A program made the position numbers and the translations under genes. Shown one piece after another: positions 33,675-45,918 of a stretch of 64,000 nucleotides of DNA. The DNA is from Minutocellus sp. GHC0000111 (taxonomy: Eukaryota), in the NCBI GenBank assembly GCA_977018835.1, contig OZ361260.1, positions 1,054,001-1,118,000 on the forward strand, written 5' to 3'. Numbering within the stretch: the stretch's first letter is position 1; every line of letters begins with the position of its first letter. A model generated the notes under the pieces. The model was not told the DNA's origin, searched no databases, and saw only the letters and a program-made list of their open reading frames with translations.

Positions 33675-35042
33675 ATGGCAGGCACAGTGGACGCTGATAC
33701 AGCAGATGCAGCCGATGCAGCAGCATCTCGCTGTTGCCCCGCCCTCTTCCTATCGGCCCCCGCCAGCGGCTGCGGCAAGACCACCATCACCGCCTGCCTC
33801 GCCAGACTCCTCCACCGCCAGGGCAAGACCGTCCGGGTGTTCAAATTCGGACCGGACTATCTGGATCCCCAAATATTGGAACGCGCCTCGCACGCCCCCG
33901 TCGTTCAGCTCGATCTGTGGATGGCCGGCGAGGCGTGGTGCAAGCAGCAAATCTACAAGGCCGTGCACGACGACGAAGCCGATATTGTGTTGGTGGAGGG
34001 TGCCATGGGATTGTACGATGGGATACCCTCCAGTGCCGACCTGGCGGCCCAGTTTGGCATACCCGTGGCGCTTATTATGGACGTGCGGGCCATGGCTCAG
34101 ACGGCGGCGGCCATTGCGGTTGGGTTGAAGAATTATCGGGACGATTTCGAAATGGTGGGAACGATTGCTAATTATTGTGGAAGCAATTACCATGCCAAGT
34201 TGGTGCGGGATGCGTTGCCGGATGATTTGCCCATGTTTGCTGCTCTCAAGCGCACGGAGGAGGTGGGATTGCCCGAACGACATTTGGGATTGGTCCAACC
34301 TTCGGAACAGAATGCCGATGCCATCGAATCGAGGCTCGAGGTAGGAGCTGACATGTTGGAGGAGGCTGGAATATTGAAACACATTGACCAGCTGGAACCG
34401 ATATGCTTTGAGTCACAGGAGATACCGGCACCCCCATCGGATGCTCTGATGGGTAAAACTATCGCAATCGCTCGTGATGAAGCTTTCAGTTTTGCCTATG
34501 CGGCGAATGTCGCATTACTGAAAGATATGGGGGCGAAGATTTGTCATTTCTCTCCGGTGCACGATGATTGCATACCGCCAGAAGCAGATGCGTTGTGGTT
34601 GCCTGGAGGCTATCCGGAGCTTCATGCAAAGAAATTGTCTGAAAATAAGAGTATGATATCGTCATTGAAACAATTCCACAAAGAAGGCAAACCAATACTG
34701 GCGGAATGTGGTGGATTTCTCTATTGCATGGACACCTTGGTCGATCTTGATGGCAATTCTTGGAACATGGCAGGCCTGATGAGAGGCACCGGAACAATGA
34801 AAAACAAGGCCGGATGACAGGGAATGCAAACAGCTCCTTTACCCGAGGGCAAGGTTCGGGCGCACGCCCATCACAAATCCAAGAGCAGCGATACTCCCGA
34901 ACCATACTCTCATGGTATCCGCCAAAGGTCGACTTATCCCGGAGAGGCAGTCTACAGAGAAGGGTCATTGACGGCCACTTATTTGCATCTCTTTTTCCCA
35001 TCAAATGTTGAAGCTATAGCGAAGTTGTTTGGTTCATCGTAG
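33675..35042 (+). CDS. cobB: Cobyrinate a,c-diamide synthase (bacterial type, intronless) with in-frame TGA at 34815-34817
   Basis: SAPASGCGKTT, FKFGPDYLDP, VEGAMGLYDG, LPERHLGLVQ, ARDEAFSFAY, LPGGYPELH, ILAECGG. The same frame continues after TGA to ATYLHLFFPSN. Confidence 0.88.
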
Positions 35043-35154
35043 GGGCAAATATGCCAATATGGCCCAAATACATTTGGCTTAATGACATTGTCGGCGTCTC
35101 GGAGAAGACCTGTCAATTGAAGCAGCAAAGTGCAATTGGTGCTTATAAATTTAT

Positions 35155-36676
35155 CTAGCTAGAGCATAACCCTTGCCTTTCCATTCTACCTGCAGTAGAA
35201 TGCAACCCATCCAGCAATATTCGTATTCCATCATTGTCGTCCTCCAACGAATACTGAAATTCTCTTGCATAACAACTTATCGTTTCTTGCATAAGCGTTA
35301 CAAGCTTTGGCGGTGCTGATTCTAAGAGCTTCTTGAGATCAATTTTCCCCTTCGCATATTCCTTTCAAGGAACCAACACTCGCCCTTGATCTCTCCACTT
35401 GTACCAATGCCACGGGGCTACTTCGTCTGTCAAGTCAGAAAATAAGACTGGAATGCATCCGTAGGTGACACTATCCGATAATGATTTGCGGTAGGGAGAA
35501 TCTCCTGCCGACTCCAAGCAAAACACACTTCTCCCCTTGGTCGATAAAGTGACATTTTCGCCGCTAACGGCTGCCACTCCTGTCTTCTTACTATCCACAC
35601 ATATTGAATCATCTTTGTACGACATGCATTGCTTGGCTATCCGTTTTCGTACGTCAGTATCCCCATGTGTCGTTGCACCCAAGAAGAGCATCAGTTTATC
35701 TCGTCTTTCATGCTGTGTCCAAGGCAATGGAAATTTCTCCTTATCCAATTTTGACGTATAATGAATCGATGAGGGATATGGCACCGACATGAGATTTGGG
35801 AAATCCACGTGCGTGTTCTCATCTGCGCGAATGTGCGACGTTGTTGGGCCGCCATTCAATTTGTCGCAGATGAAGTCAATGTGGCTATATGCAATCCGTT
35901 GTGTGTTCTTGAGCTCATCAACTGGTCGGTACCAGCTTCCCTCGCATTGCCTTGCCACATAATGCCCCTTCGAAACAACAAAGAAATGCCGACATGCAGT
36001 CGATGAGTTGAGAAATGGCAACTCCTTCAACAGCTTGGGAACGTTATGCTTTCGCTTCGACAAACAAGTTTCCTCCCACTCCCCCGTCTTTTTTGGTTTG
36101 GTATGCATCGGCACATAGAAGAGATCGGCCTCCCCGGGATTCTTTGTAATGCAGAGCTTCGATTTACGTAATCGATACTCTAAGATGACGGCCAAATTGA
36201 ACATGTTGGTCTCTCTGTGATATGGATTGATCTCTTCATTTTTCTTCCCATATACCTTGTCTTTGTCCTTGGCCCTGTCTTTAGAGGAAAACGAGGTATC
36301 GTATATGTACACTTTGGGACACGATTTCGCCTCTACATTGTGTGATGATTGTTCTTTCTCGGCTTTGGCCGACGTCTTGTTATTGGCGACGGCGACCTCC
36401 CATGCCTTTTTCCAAAAGGCCGCATAATCGAACTCGTTAGATTTTTTCAGAATATATTGTCGCGGAAGTGATCGTTGTCGGCAGTTGAATTTGTGAGTTT
36501 GCATGGCGAAGTCCTTGCCCTGCAGATTCTTTCGCTTCATCTCCCAACTCTGTGCCATTGCGTCCTCCGAAATGTAGCGGCATTCGTTGCAAGTCTTTGA
36601 TGAAGGACAATGCGCCGAACACGAAAAGACCGATGACAACCACTGGTTGCGAAAATAAAAGGAAGAATATGTTCAT
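35155..36676 (-). pseudogene. Exostosin/GT47 glycosyltransferase; frameshift at ~36440 and in-frame TGA at 35365-35367
   Basis: N-terminal TM anchor (ORF 36437-36676); PKVYIYD, ADLFYVP, RHFFV, SVFCLE..GDSPYRKSL.DSV..GCIPV. The frame continues 70 codons past the TGA (MQETI..AREFQYS). Confidence 0.8.
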
Positions 36677-36920
36677 AGTTTATTGTAGCATCTGGTGTAG
36701 TGGATCACTTGTCGAGGAACCTATCGGCACATCATGGTGGCCTGGATCTGATCTTTTGGCGAGGTTCCGGCACGTGTTCGACGAGAAAATTACGACGGAA
36801 AGACGATATATAAAAGGAGTGCCACTTAGTCAGCTCACCAAAATGGCGATGACCGACCACAAAAAACGCCGTCGCCGCCGCCGCCGCCGTAGTGAACACG
36901 TGCGTGCTTTCTTAACCCAT

Positions 36921-37256
36921 ATGCCCCCCACCATCATAACACCGGGCACCGCCAAGACCGCAGCCAAGTACTTCAAATCCGGCACGTCCCGTCGCGAGGC
37001 CCTCTCTCTCTACCGCGAGATTCTTCGCACCTGCAAAGCCTTCCACTGGTGCGACGATAACGGCGTGCCGTGGAATCAGCGGTTGCGCAACGAGGCCCGA
37101 AAGGAGTTTGAGGCCAGCAAGGAGGAGACCGACCCGTTGATCATTGCCCGTATGCTAGTAACTGGCAGAGACTGTGTGCAGCAAATTCAACACAAGTTCA
37201 ACGAGGCCGACAGAAAAGCTTGGGAACGTATTGAGAAGGACTCGTCGAGGCGGTAA
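36921..37256 (+). CDS. LYR-motif (complex I LYR family) protein
   Basis: EALSLYREILR...ARKEFE...ETDP..I...GR pattern. Confidence 0.8.
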   Translation: MPPTIITPGTAKTAAKYFKSGTSRREALSLYREILRTCKAFHWCDDNGVPWNQRLRNEARKEFEASKEETDPLIIARMLVTGRDCVQQIQHKFNEADRKAWERIEKDSSRR

Positions 37257-37264
37257 TTGAATTT

Positions 37265-38464
37265 ATGATCCAAATGACGGAATCTCAAAGCAACAAGGAA
37301 CATGCGCTTGAGGCCGGAGATTATGATTGCGCATTATGCTTGAAGCTACTTTATGATCCATGCACGGCATCCTGTGGCCATTCTTTCTGCAAGCGATGCG
37401 CCTACGAGTTGGTTGCTTCTCATTGCAAATCCGATGAAACGAACAATGGAAAGGCATCGAGCATATCGTCATTGAAATGTCCCATCTGTCGATCTGCTTT
37501 GGATAAAAGATGGGTTCCATCTTCTTCCATCGCTTTGTGCCGGTTTTTATAACTTTCGTTTGGGAAGGAATACGAAGCAAGAACGGCGGAAGAAGAAGCA
37601 TTAGAGCAGGCCATGCCTCGACTCCCACACGCCCCACTCTCGTCAGAGGGGCAGAAGATATTGCCACTATTCGTCCTCGATCCGATCCTTCCCGGACAAA
37701 AGACGTTGCTGCACATATTCGAAATTCGCTACCGACTGTTAGTGCAGAGGGCATTGGCGGAATATGGTCGGCGCTTTGGCATGGTGGGATTCGATCGTAC
37801 CGCCATGACCAACGGATCGGAGGGTATTGCAAATTATGGCACCGAAGTAGAAATTTTGTCGTGTCATGAACTGCCCGACGGTCGATTTCGCTTGGAAGTG
37901 GAGGGCAAGTCACCCTTTGAGGTTATGGAGCGCCATCGACGCGACGGGTACTGGGAGGCTTCAGTCAAGAAGATTGAGTTGGACGCCGGCGATGAAAATG
38001 AAGAGGTTACAGAGCTCGCAAACAAAGTCATTGAGCTGTTTGACCAATGGGAATCCTTCATTCGTTCCAATCGCTGGGAACGTCACCCGGAGCACATGGA
38101 TCAAGTCATCGATACACTGGGCGATCAACCGACTGCTGACCAGCCAGGAGCTCTCGCGGTATGGATAGCGGCGGCCATCAATCCTTTGCCTCCGCTTGGC
38201 GCCGCGATGGAGATACGACCGGCGGTCCTTGATGCTGCAAATGACTTTGAGCGGCAAAATGTAAATAATGCACTCAAGGAATCTATTGAGCTAGTCAAGA
38301 AAAAGAGAGGAACGGTAGACGTCTTTGGATTTGATATGGAGGTCATTATAATTCTCTTTGGCATCTTTGGTTTGATTGTCGGATCGTTTGTACAGAGTTA
38401 CTGCCGGAGAATATTTGTGGAGTTTGGTTTTGATAGAGCGTTGCTTGGAGTTCATGGGCTGTAA
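37265..38464 (+). CDS. RING finger + LON N-terminal substrate-binding domain protein (LONRF-like); frameshift at ~37545
   Basis: CALCLKLLYDPCTASCGHSFCKRC..CPICR; LPLFVL..LPGQ..LHIFEIRYRLLV..FGMV..GTEVEI..LPDGR. Confidence 0.82.
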
Positions 38465-38762
38465 AAACGAAACTAGCAGCCATATTTACAGATTGGCATA
38501 AGGTTAAACTAAAAACATACTACACGTACATTTGCCAGTGTTGACATGTATTTGTGCCGCTGTTTGGTTGGTTGGCTTGCTTGCCGTGTGTGTAGCCCCC
38601 CGCCCCCCGGCTCTGCGGTGAAAAAGTGAAATCGGGACCAGTTGATCCCGCAGGGGCATATCTCCGCCTCAAAACGCACCATGGCAAACGACCGTCGTTG
38701 TTTGCGCTTCTTCTGTTCCAAACATAACTCGCTGATTGAACACGCCTATCCTCAACCGCAAC

Positions 38763-40632
38763 ATGTCAGGAGAACCGTCTCACCCCGAGACAGCCCCGGC
38801 CGTATCTGAATTGGGCGCCGTAGATGCCAATAACAACCCGGCACAAGATGTGCCGGTTCCGAGCTCAACTGACGTACCGGCAGCTTCCTCCGTTGGCGAT
38901 GCATCGGAGGGAGCTTCTCTCATGCCTGCCGTTGCTGCGGTAGCCGCCGCAGGCGATAGTTCGTCGGAAACTGGTGGCAATGACAATGCCGCGCAAGTTG
39001 CGCCTGATAACAAACCCGGGCAGCCTGCACCTGCTCAAACTCCGGCAGCGCCAGCCGCAACCCCATCGAAACCGGCCCCGGCCGCCGCCGCGGCAGTCCA
39101 CAAACACCAACCATCAGCAGCACCCTCCGCCCTCATCGATCAGGCCAACGAAGAACTGGCCTTCCTCCTCACGCACGGCAAGATCAATCAATCGGAAGTC
39201 ATGGCCCTCCAAAAGGTTATCCGCGAGAATGTCGCCCTCAAGGAAAAGGTGGCCAAGCTCAAATCACTGCTGGCGCGAAGTGCCAAGGCGCAGAAGGATG
39301 CCAAGGTGGAGTTGGAGGGGACTCGACGAAGATTGGAGGAGTCCAACGGAGAAGTGCGACGGTTGACGGCACGGGTCGACAGTTTGGCCAGTCGGCCGAC
39401 GCATATGGATCTGCTTGCTGACTTTGAGACCAATGTGAGTTGTTTGTGCTGCTGGGAGGAATATGTGTTGAGATGGTAGGGACTCATCATAGGATATCAT
39501 ACATGCTTCTTCTGTTTGTTGAACACTTATCTAACATTCACTTTGCTCAACATCGCAACAGTTCGACAAAGCATTGCTATCGATTGGTACGAGTGAGCAA
39601 GCATCGGGACAGGAATCATCCTCATCGGCAGCCAAGCCGTCTGCTACCGCCGGTGTCGATTCGGCGTCGGATTTGTTCGGTGGTGATACCGGCGCATCAG
39701 CACCAGATTCTAGTGGTGCCAACGTCGAATCCTCACTCCTCCTCACTGAGTTATCGGATGCCAAGGCCCGAATCGACAAGCTGGAATCGCTCAACGCCGC
39801 CCTGCTGGCACGTGCGTCCAAGCTGGAAAAGACCAACGAATCCTTTGCCGACGAACGCGAAAAGGCGGCCGCCAAGATGACCAACCTCCAGCTCGAGCTG
39901 CGGATGGCCAAGATGGAGGCCGAGCATGCCGCCCGATCGGCGCGGGATCGAGAGTCCAGCCTGACAGAAATGCAGCTGGAGATCGATCTGGTCACCAAGA
40001 GTGCGATGGATGCCAACGTGAGGGCGGCGGTCGGTGAAGAGGCAGCCAAGACGGTCCAGACCGACAAGGAGTACGTCAAGGAGTTGGAGGCCAAGGTGAC
40101 GGCATTGCAAGAGTGGGCGCTGGCGGCTGCCGAAGCCAAGCGAGTAGCGCAGGAGAGAGCGGCTCGGTTGGAGGAGAAGATACGAGATCTGACCGAGGTC
40201 GATGAGGATGGTGGGTTGAGTGGTGGGAAAATGGGATCGACCAATGCAGGCAGCGAACGAAGGCTGTGGCAACAACATTCCAGTCTTGTGGTTGGTGCCG
40301 GCCTTGTCGGTACAAGAGTGCATGTTTTGGGTGATGCTGTTCTAGAGCCAAATGAGAGTGTGGTTCTTCGATGGAAGTTCGACCTGACTCCTGCTGATAC
40401 TGACATCGTATTTTCGATTTTGAAGGGCCGATGGGAAGAAGTCAAGAAATCCTCTCAACTCAAATCGGCCGATGCCATTATTCGCGATAGAACAGTATTG
40501 GGCGGTGCGGCTGGTGAGGCCACTGGCGCATTTGCGGTGAAGAATGCTTGCACTCTGGTGTGGTCGAATGAAAAGTCCTGGGTCCGACCAAAGACGGTCA
40601 AGTACACCGTTGAGGCGTTTGCGATAATGTAA
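38763..40632 (+). CDS. Coiled-coil protein with C-terminal GOLD domain; intron 39435-39561
   Basis: GTGAGT..CAG intron keeps the frame; LRWKF..DIVFSI..CTLVWSNEKSWVRPKTVKY. Confidence 0.82.
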
Positions 40633-40734
40633 GCCTAGCTAGAGTTTCAAAATTACCTTCTTGTCTTCTCTACGTAGCTTTTGCTAGTCTACGATCGTAG
40701 TGGCTCTCTATTAGACTATGGTAGAAAGTATCTC

Positions 40735-41616
40735 TCAAAACCCCGTGAAAGACATAACTAAGAACACCACAGGAGCTAGTACAAAGCTACCATGCATGTG
40801 ATGACCACCCAAAGTCGAGCTTTCCTCCGCGGCCAATGGGTCCGTTGTACCCATTGAGGAATCTAATGCGTCCAGATCCGAAACTATTTCCTCATCGTCG
40901 TCAATATCAAACGATACGTCTCCACCCTCGATCATGACACCACTACCATTTTCATCCTCCGATTCTAGCTCGTACAAGGATGCAGTTCCATCAGCAAAAC
41001 CGCCGACCGAATCAACCTCATATTGAGCCGACCACGATATCTTTTCAATATTAGCCAGGATTACCCCGTCTTCTATAGTGGGTTGAAAGAAAAGTCTGCT
41101 TTCTACCACACATCCATACTTGTCGATGGACACGTACGATCGTTCCCATGCAAACGCCTGTGATAGCATGTCGGCATCCCGCCCAACGACAGATGCCGTG
41201 AAGAAACCGCCAATCAACAATTGATCAAATGCTCTGTCGTCATCATCATTATCAGCGGTGCTGTTGTGACATTTGTCCAAATTTGGTCCATCGACCAGGC
41301 TGGCACGAAAGATGACTTCAATGGCCTCCCCAGGTGCCGACGATGAAAGCCGCATCTCATCGGCATCTTGAGGCGGCTGCAAGACGAAGTCAATGCTGTC
41401 TGAAGAATACAGATCTATCGGAAATTCATCGTGATAAGTTTCCTCTGTGGTATTGTTGACCACCCGGAGAGTTGATGTGATGACAAAGGTGGAATCGGAG
41501 TTGGGCACCCACGGTTCGAGCGTGATGGAAGCCGCATCAGCGGTACTGACACGTGATGGGTTGAAAATTAAACCAGCCAAAGATACGACCAAAAGCGAGC
41601 GAAGAGAGCTTAACAT
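40735..41616 (-). CDS. Hypothetical secreted/surface protein (signal peptide, hydrophobic C-terminal tail)
   Basis: Long acidic ORF with hydrophobic N- and C-termini. Confidence 0.6.
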   Translation of the reverse strand: MLSSLRSLLVVSLAGLIFNPSRVSTADAASITLEPWVPNSDSTFVITSTLRVVNNTTEETYHDEFPIDLYSSDSIDFVLQPPQDADEMRLSSSAPGEAIEVIFRASLVDGPNLDKCHNSTADNDDDDRAFDQLLIGGFFTASVVGRDADMLSQAFAWERSYVSIDKYGCVVESRLFFQPTIEDGVILANIEKISWSAQYEVDSVGGFADGTASLYELESEDENGSGVMIEGGDVSFDIDDDEEIVSDLDALDSSMGTTDPLAAEESSTLGGHHMHGSFVLAPVVFLVMSFTGF

Positions 41617-41895
41617 TCTTATCACCGATGTGCGCAGTTGGTATTCCTCGTAGGTCTCAGCAAGTGCATTCGAATAGGCGCGGAACAATGATCGGACGAA
41701 AGCGCGCGCTGGCCAGCGTACCTCTAGCTAGCTACGTAGGCCTAGGTACATCGTGGCGCGGATTACTGCGGGAGAGCCGGCTTGCTCGCTCGGTTCTCGT
41801 TAGCAGCAGGCCACCCGACACCCGACGCCACACCACGCCACCACTTTTGTTACCGATACCGCCCTATTGCCTACTTCCGAATCCCTTCTTTCACC

Positions 41896-43268
41896 ATGAA
41901 TGTCGGCCCAAACAAATACCCCGATGCTCAGCAGCAGTGCGACGCTCTTTGGCTCGTCCTGGAAGAGCACAGCAAACGGCATTCAGGATCACCAACTGAT
42001 TCATGTCCCACTGTGGGTTCATCTCCGTCGGTCTCTTCAACAGCTGGAGGTTCCGGTTCCCCCGGCACGAGATCTTGCCCTCGACGTCAGTGGCCATCAT
42101 ACGACACCGTCGTTTCGGACATAACCCAAAGCGATTACAGCGACAACCTCCAGTGTCCGCACGACCTGCGCTTTCTGGGAAGCGGCAAAACATTGTGCCC
42201 TCACGGAGTCATTGGCAAGGCAAAGATTGAGATGTTTGGTCATCCATCGTCGTCAAATACCGGTAATCAAAAGGACTCATCCTTGCCTCCAGCCTATACT
42301 GGTCTATTGAGGCCTGGCCAATCTGTTGAACACTGCATAGTTCGATTGTCATCGGCAATGAGGCCGCCCAATGATGTTGTAAAGAATCCCGTGGCTCAGG
42401 CAGTCCTTCGAGCGGCAGGGTCCAAGTTGCGAAAGGCAAACCTGTTTCCCTGCGCGGCTATCAAATGCTTTCGAGGCAATAATGTTCCGAGTGGCAACCT
42501 ACTTTTTTCCGGCTGTAAAGTTGGTCAAATTGAGCCGGATTATTTTGCACACTGCCAATGTACACAGCTTAGTGAACGAATGTCCCCGGCTCTGAAACCA
42601 CTCGTCCGACCATTCTGGAAATACTCAGATCATCCTCTTTCTCTGGGCATCTCTGATTATTGTGCGTACGATGTGGATGGCAATGCGCCGAAAGAGGAAG
42701 GAGGGGACATTCAATTTCCTTTTGTTTTGATACTGAACCCTGTAGTCAATATGGGCGGTGATACAAGGGCCGACGCTTCGCTGGAGAGGCTGAATTCAGC
42801 ATTCACAACTGGGACATCGCTGGGTCCATCAGAACACAGCACCGCCGTTTCAGCATCGAAGGGATTATTTGGGGATACAGAAGACGAAGAAGGGAAAAAC
42901 TAGCAGCAAAGAGGATGAGCCATTTGATAAATTCTTGGACGACTTGGAAAAGATCGAGCCGGGGACTGTATTATTTGATATTTATGCCTGCCCCGAGCCG
43001 AAGGATGTGCCCGATCCGGCTCGACTTGAAAGAATTGGCAGGGTCGTTACAGTTAGCGCGCTCATCCCCAGCCCACCGAATGATAACTTGTTCTTTCGTC
43101 ACCAGAGAAAAGAGGCAGACTTCGCCTTGCGCCCGGATTGGCTTTCTCAAACTAAAATGAAGTGTTCGGTCGGCAAAGAGAAAGGCTCTATAAAAAAAAC
43201 TCGCCGGGTGGGAACTCTTTGAAGCAAATATTGGTGCCGGAAAGTATGCTGATTTTGAGGCGCGATAA
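41896..43268 (+). CDS. Catalase-like (heme-dependent fold) protein; two frameshifts in A-runs (~42895, ~43195)
   Basis: KTLCPHGVIGK..YTGL..IVRLSSA..P.AAIKCFR..PSGNL; continues LFDIYA..IGRVVT..LFFRHQR. Confidence 0.6.
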
Positions 43269-43621
43269 ACTCTCTATAAAATTTAGAGGCATACATACAA
43301 CCAAATTACTTCTTCAAAACCCGATACATGCCATCAGCTGCACACTCGAGCTTTTCCTCCTTGCATACATGTTGCTTCTGTAGGAAACTGCTCAGTGCCA
43401 TTAGTTTTTCACCCCTCGTCGAATTCATAATATCCTTAAAACGGAGCAAAGTTCACTGGTCTGCACATGTGACGGAATGCAGGGAGAACTGGCTTGTTCG
43501 CTCGGCCTTCATTGACTCCCACTCCAGCCTTCCTCGCACAACGACGATATAAAATAGAAAGTCTTAGCCAGATGTATTCATTTTTTCCTTTCAAGATTAC
43601 TTTCCGCCAGCCTATGTGGTC

Positions 43622-44572
43622 TCAGCTCAATTTGCGAAACTGAAGACCACGATACATTGGGCCGCCACCCAAGTCATTAACCAACAACGATGGCATGAGA
43701 CCAAAGGGGAGCAACAAATCCGTGACCCTGCTCTCCAGAAGTTTCCACGACCGATTGCTTTCTATGGTCGCCTTTTGCCTCTCCTCCAGCGATGATTCGA
43801 ACTTGTACACGTAATTCTTGATCCTGCGTGCATCGCCCAACTCATTAGTAAACGCCAAATGCAGTTCCTCATAACGGAATTTCTTCTTGAGGAGCGATAC
43901 CTCCTTGTCTGCTGAGAACTGGTTCTTCACCGTCTCCTTCACTTCCTTCCAGATTTCCGCCCATACAACTTCGCTAATATTCAGAGATTCAAAGGTCGTG
44001 AAGAGCTGTCCCAGTGGCAAATTCCAAGCACCGTCACCAGACCGACGATAATCGTATCGGATCATTGCCTTGGCGTTGGAGCCAGTTCTGCCAGTGGCGA
44101 CCGTCATTTCAAGTCCAAACTTCTTGCCCTTGGAAGTTTGCATTACTTCTACATACACGCCATACTTTTGGCCAATATAGGTAACCTGCTGCGCCAATCG
44201 ATCCCAATCCTTGGTGATTGCATCGCGTTCCTTCTCGATCTGCTCTTCGATATTTTGAAGCTGATCGCCGCCCTTTTTGGTTTTATCTTTCTTCTTCTTA
44301 CTGCTGCCGCCAAACAGATCCCACGACTTTTCCTGCCGCTTGTTGGACTCCTTGTTTTTCAATACTCCAATATTTTGCTCACGTTTGTGCGTTCGGGATG
44401 CCACGGCAACCGTGTCGGCGTGGATTTGCCTCCAGTCATCGTCGGCCTCTTCCATCCCAATAAGTTGGGGAGGTGGTGGGTCCGATGGCAAGTTCAATGT
44501 ACCGGGCTCGGCGGATTCATCAGAGATAATTTCGAGAGTGAAGGTTGTTGGGAATAGAGATTGGGTCGACAT
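43622..44572 (-). CDS. Hypothetical protein
   Basis: 316-codon ORF from MSTQSLF with protein-like composition. Confidence 0.6.
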   Translation of the reverse strand: MSTQSLFPTTFTLEIISDESAEPGTLNLPSDPPPPQLIGMEEADDDWRQIHADTVAVASRTHKREQNIGVLKNKESNKRQEKSWDLFGGSSKKKKDKTKKGGDQLQNIEEQIEKERDAITKDWDRLAQQVTYIGQKYGVYVEVMQTSKGKKFGLEMTVATGRTGSNAKAMIRYDYRRSGDGAWNLPLGQLFTTFESLNISEVVWAEIWKEVKETVKNQFSADKEVSLLKKKFRYEELHLAFTNELGDARRIKNYVYKFESSLEERQKATIESNRSWKLLESRVTDLLLPFGLMPSLLVNDLGGGPMYRGLQFRKLS

Positions 44573-44641
44573 GGTTTTCTGAAAAAATAAGATGTAAATG
44601 GCCAAAACCAACTCGAACTCTCTCTCTATATATAAACTTTC

Positions 44642-44719
44642 GATGTTCTTCACAATGATCTTTCTCGAATCTCAGATGTTCTTCACAATGATCTTCCTCG
44701 AATCTCGGATCTTTCTCGA
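44642..44719. repeat. 33-bp tandem duplication plus a partial third copy, in a divergent promoter
   Basis: GATGTTCTTCACAATGATCTT(T/C)CTCGAATCTC x2, then GATCTTTCTCGA. Confidence 0.85.
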
Positions 44720-44852
44720 CTGACTCAGAGGGTCTGTCCGGCGTTTCGTTTCCCCCGTTTCGCCCCCGCGCCCTATCGCCCCCGCCTTTTGCGTGCCGAA
44801 TTTCTTCTTTCCGCCCAGGGGGATAATCAGGATTAGGAATTCGTACGTCGGT

Positions 44853-45881
44853 ATGGACGGCGAAAAGGACTCAGCAGCCGCTGTCAAAGCGGAGGGAGCA
44901 GTAGATGCATCGGTAAACGAGGCTGCTGATGAGTTTGCGTCGGTGAACGACGAGGATCGAACCAACACGGCCAAACCGAACGCGAACGATGACCCCGACC
45001 TGTGGAAGCCTCATCCATTGCCAGAGGATTGTCCCGTTTGTATGGTTCCCTTGCCAAGAGAAGCTGATAAATCTGTTTACTGGCCATGTTGCAGCAAGAT
45101 GATTTGCACTGCATGCGACGCGGAGAATGATCGGGCTCGGGCCATAACTAATAGAAAGAGAGAAGAAAAGGAACTGCCGCCGATGCAAGCCTCTTGTGCC
45201 TTTTGTAGGACACCCGCCCATGAAGACGATGCGGGCTGGCAAAGGTCTATCATGCAGAGAGTGGACAAGGGCGATGCGCGCGCAATGCTAATCTTATCAA
45301 AGTCGTATGGTACTGGGGATGGTGACTTGGCAAAAAATGAGGCAAAAGCCGCAGAGTTGCTTGAGAAAGCTGCCGATGTCGGCTGTGCCGAGGCAAAGGG
45401 CGTGCTCGGTCTTACCCTCGCCGTGGGTAATGATGAGGAGAGGGGAACGAGTCTCATTTTTGATGCTGTAAAGAAGGGAGATGTCCTTGCTCGATACTTT
45501 CTCGGGGCATTCTGTGCTGATAGCAAGGATCATGCTGTTGCTATCAAGCACTGGAAGCTTGCTGCCGTTGCAGGACACGAAGAGTCAATGAAAAAACTCT
45601 TTGAACAATTTTCTTTGGGACAAATCAGCAAGGGAGACCTTGAGGAATCTTTGAGAGCTCATCAGGAGGCTTGTGAGGAGATGAAGAGCGAAGAGCGCCG
45701 ACAAGTCATAGCTGCTCAAGAAGCAAAGGCTGGAAATGACGAGGCGCTCAAACACATCTACGGTGCCTATTACGTGGGATACATAAGCAAAACCCACCTT
45801 GAAGAAGCACTAAGCATGCATCAAGCTGGTAGTGAGGAGGAAGAAATCGATCGTTTTCTGTCCAGGGTGTCTAAAAATTAA
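44853..45881 (+). CDS. RING + Sel1-repeat protein (same family as 26964-28946, lacking MYND)
   Basis: EDCPVCMVPLP..CCSKMICTAC..CAFCR; AIKHWKLAAVAGH..SM..GQISK..LEESLRAHQ..MKSEER. Confidence 0.85.
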   Translation: MDGEKDSAAAVKAEGAVDASVNEAADEFASVNDEDRTNTAKPNANDDPDLWKPHPLPEDCPVCMVPLPREADKSVYWPCCSKMICTACDAENDRARAITNRKREEKELPPMQASCAFCRTPAHEDDAGWQRSIMQRVDKGDARAMLILSKSYGTGDGDLAKNEAKAAELLEKAADVGCAEAKGVLGLTLAVGNDEERGTSLIFDAVKKGDVLARYFLGAFCADSKDHAVAIKHWKLAAVAGHEESMKKLFEQFSLGQISKGDLEESLRAHQEACEEMKSEERRQVIAAQEAKAGNDEALKHIYGAYYVGYISKTHLEEALSMHQAGSEEEEIDRFLSRVSKN

Positions 45882-45918
45882 AACACTGATTACATCGCAT
45901 TAATAACTACTCATGCGT

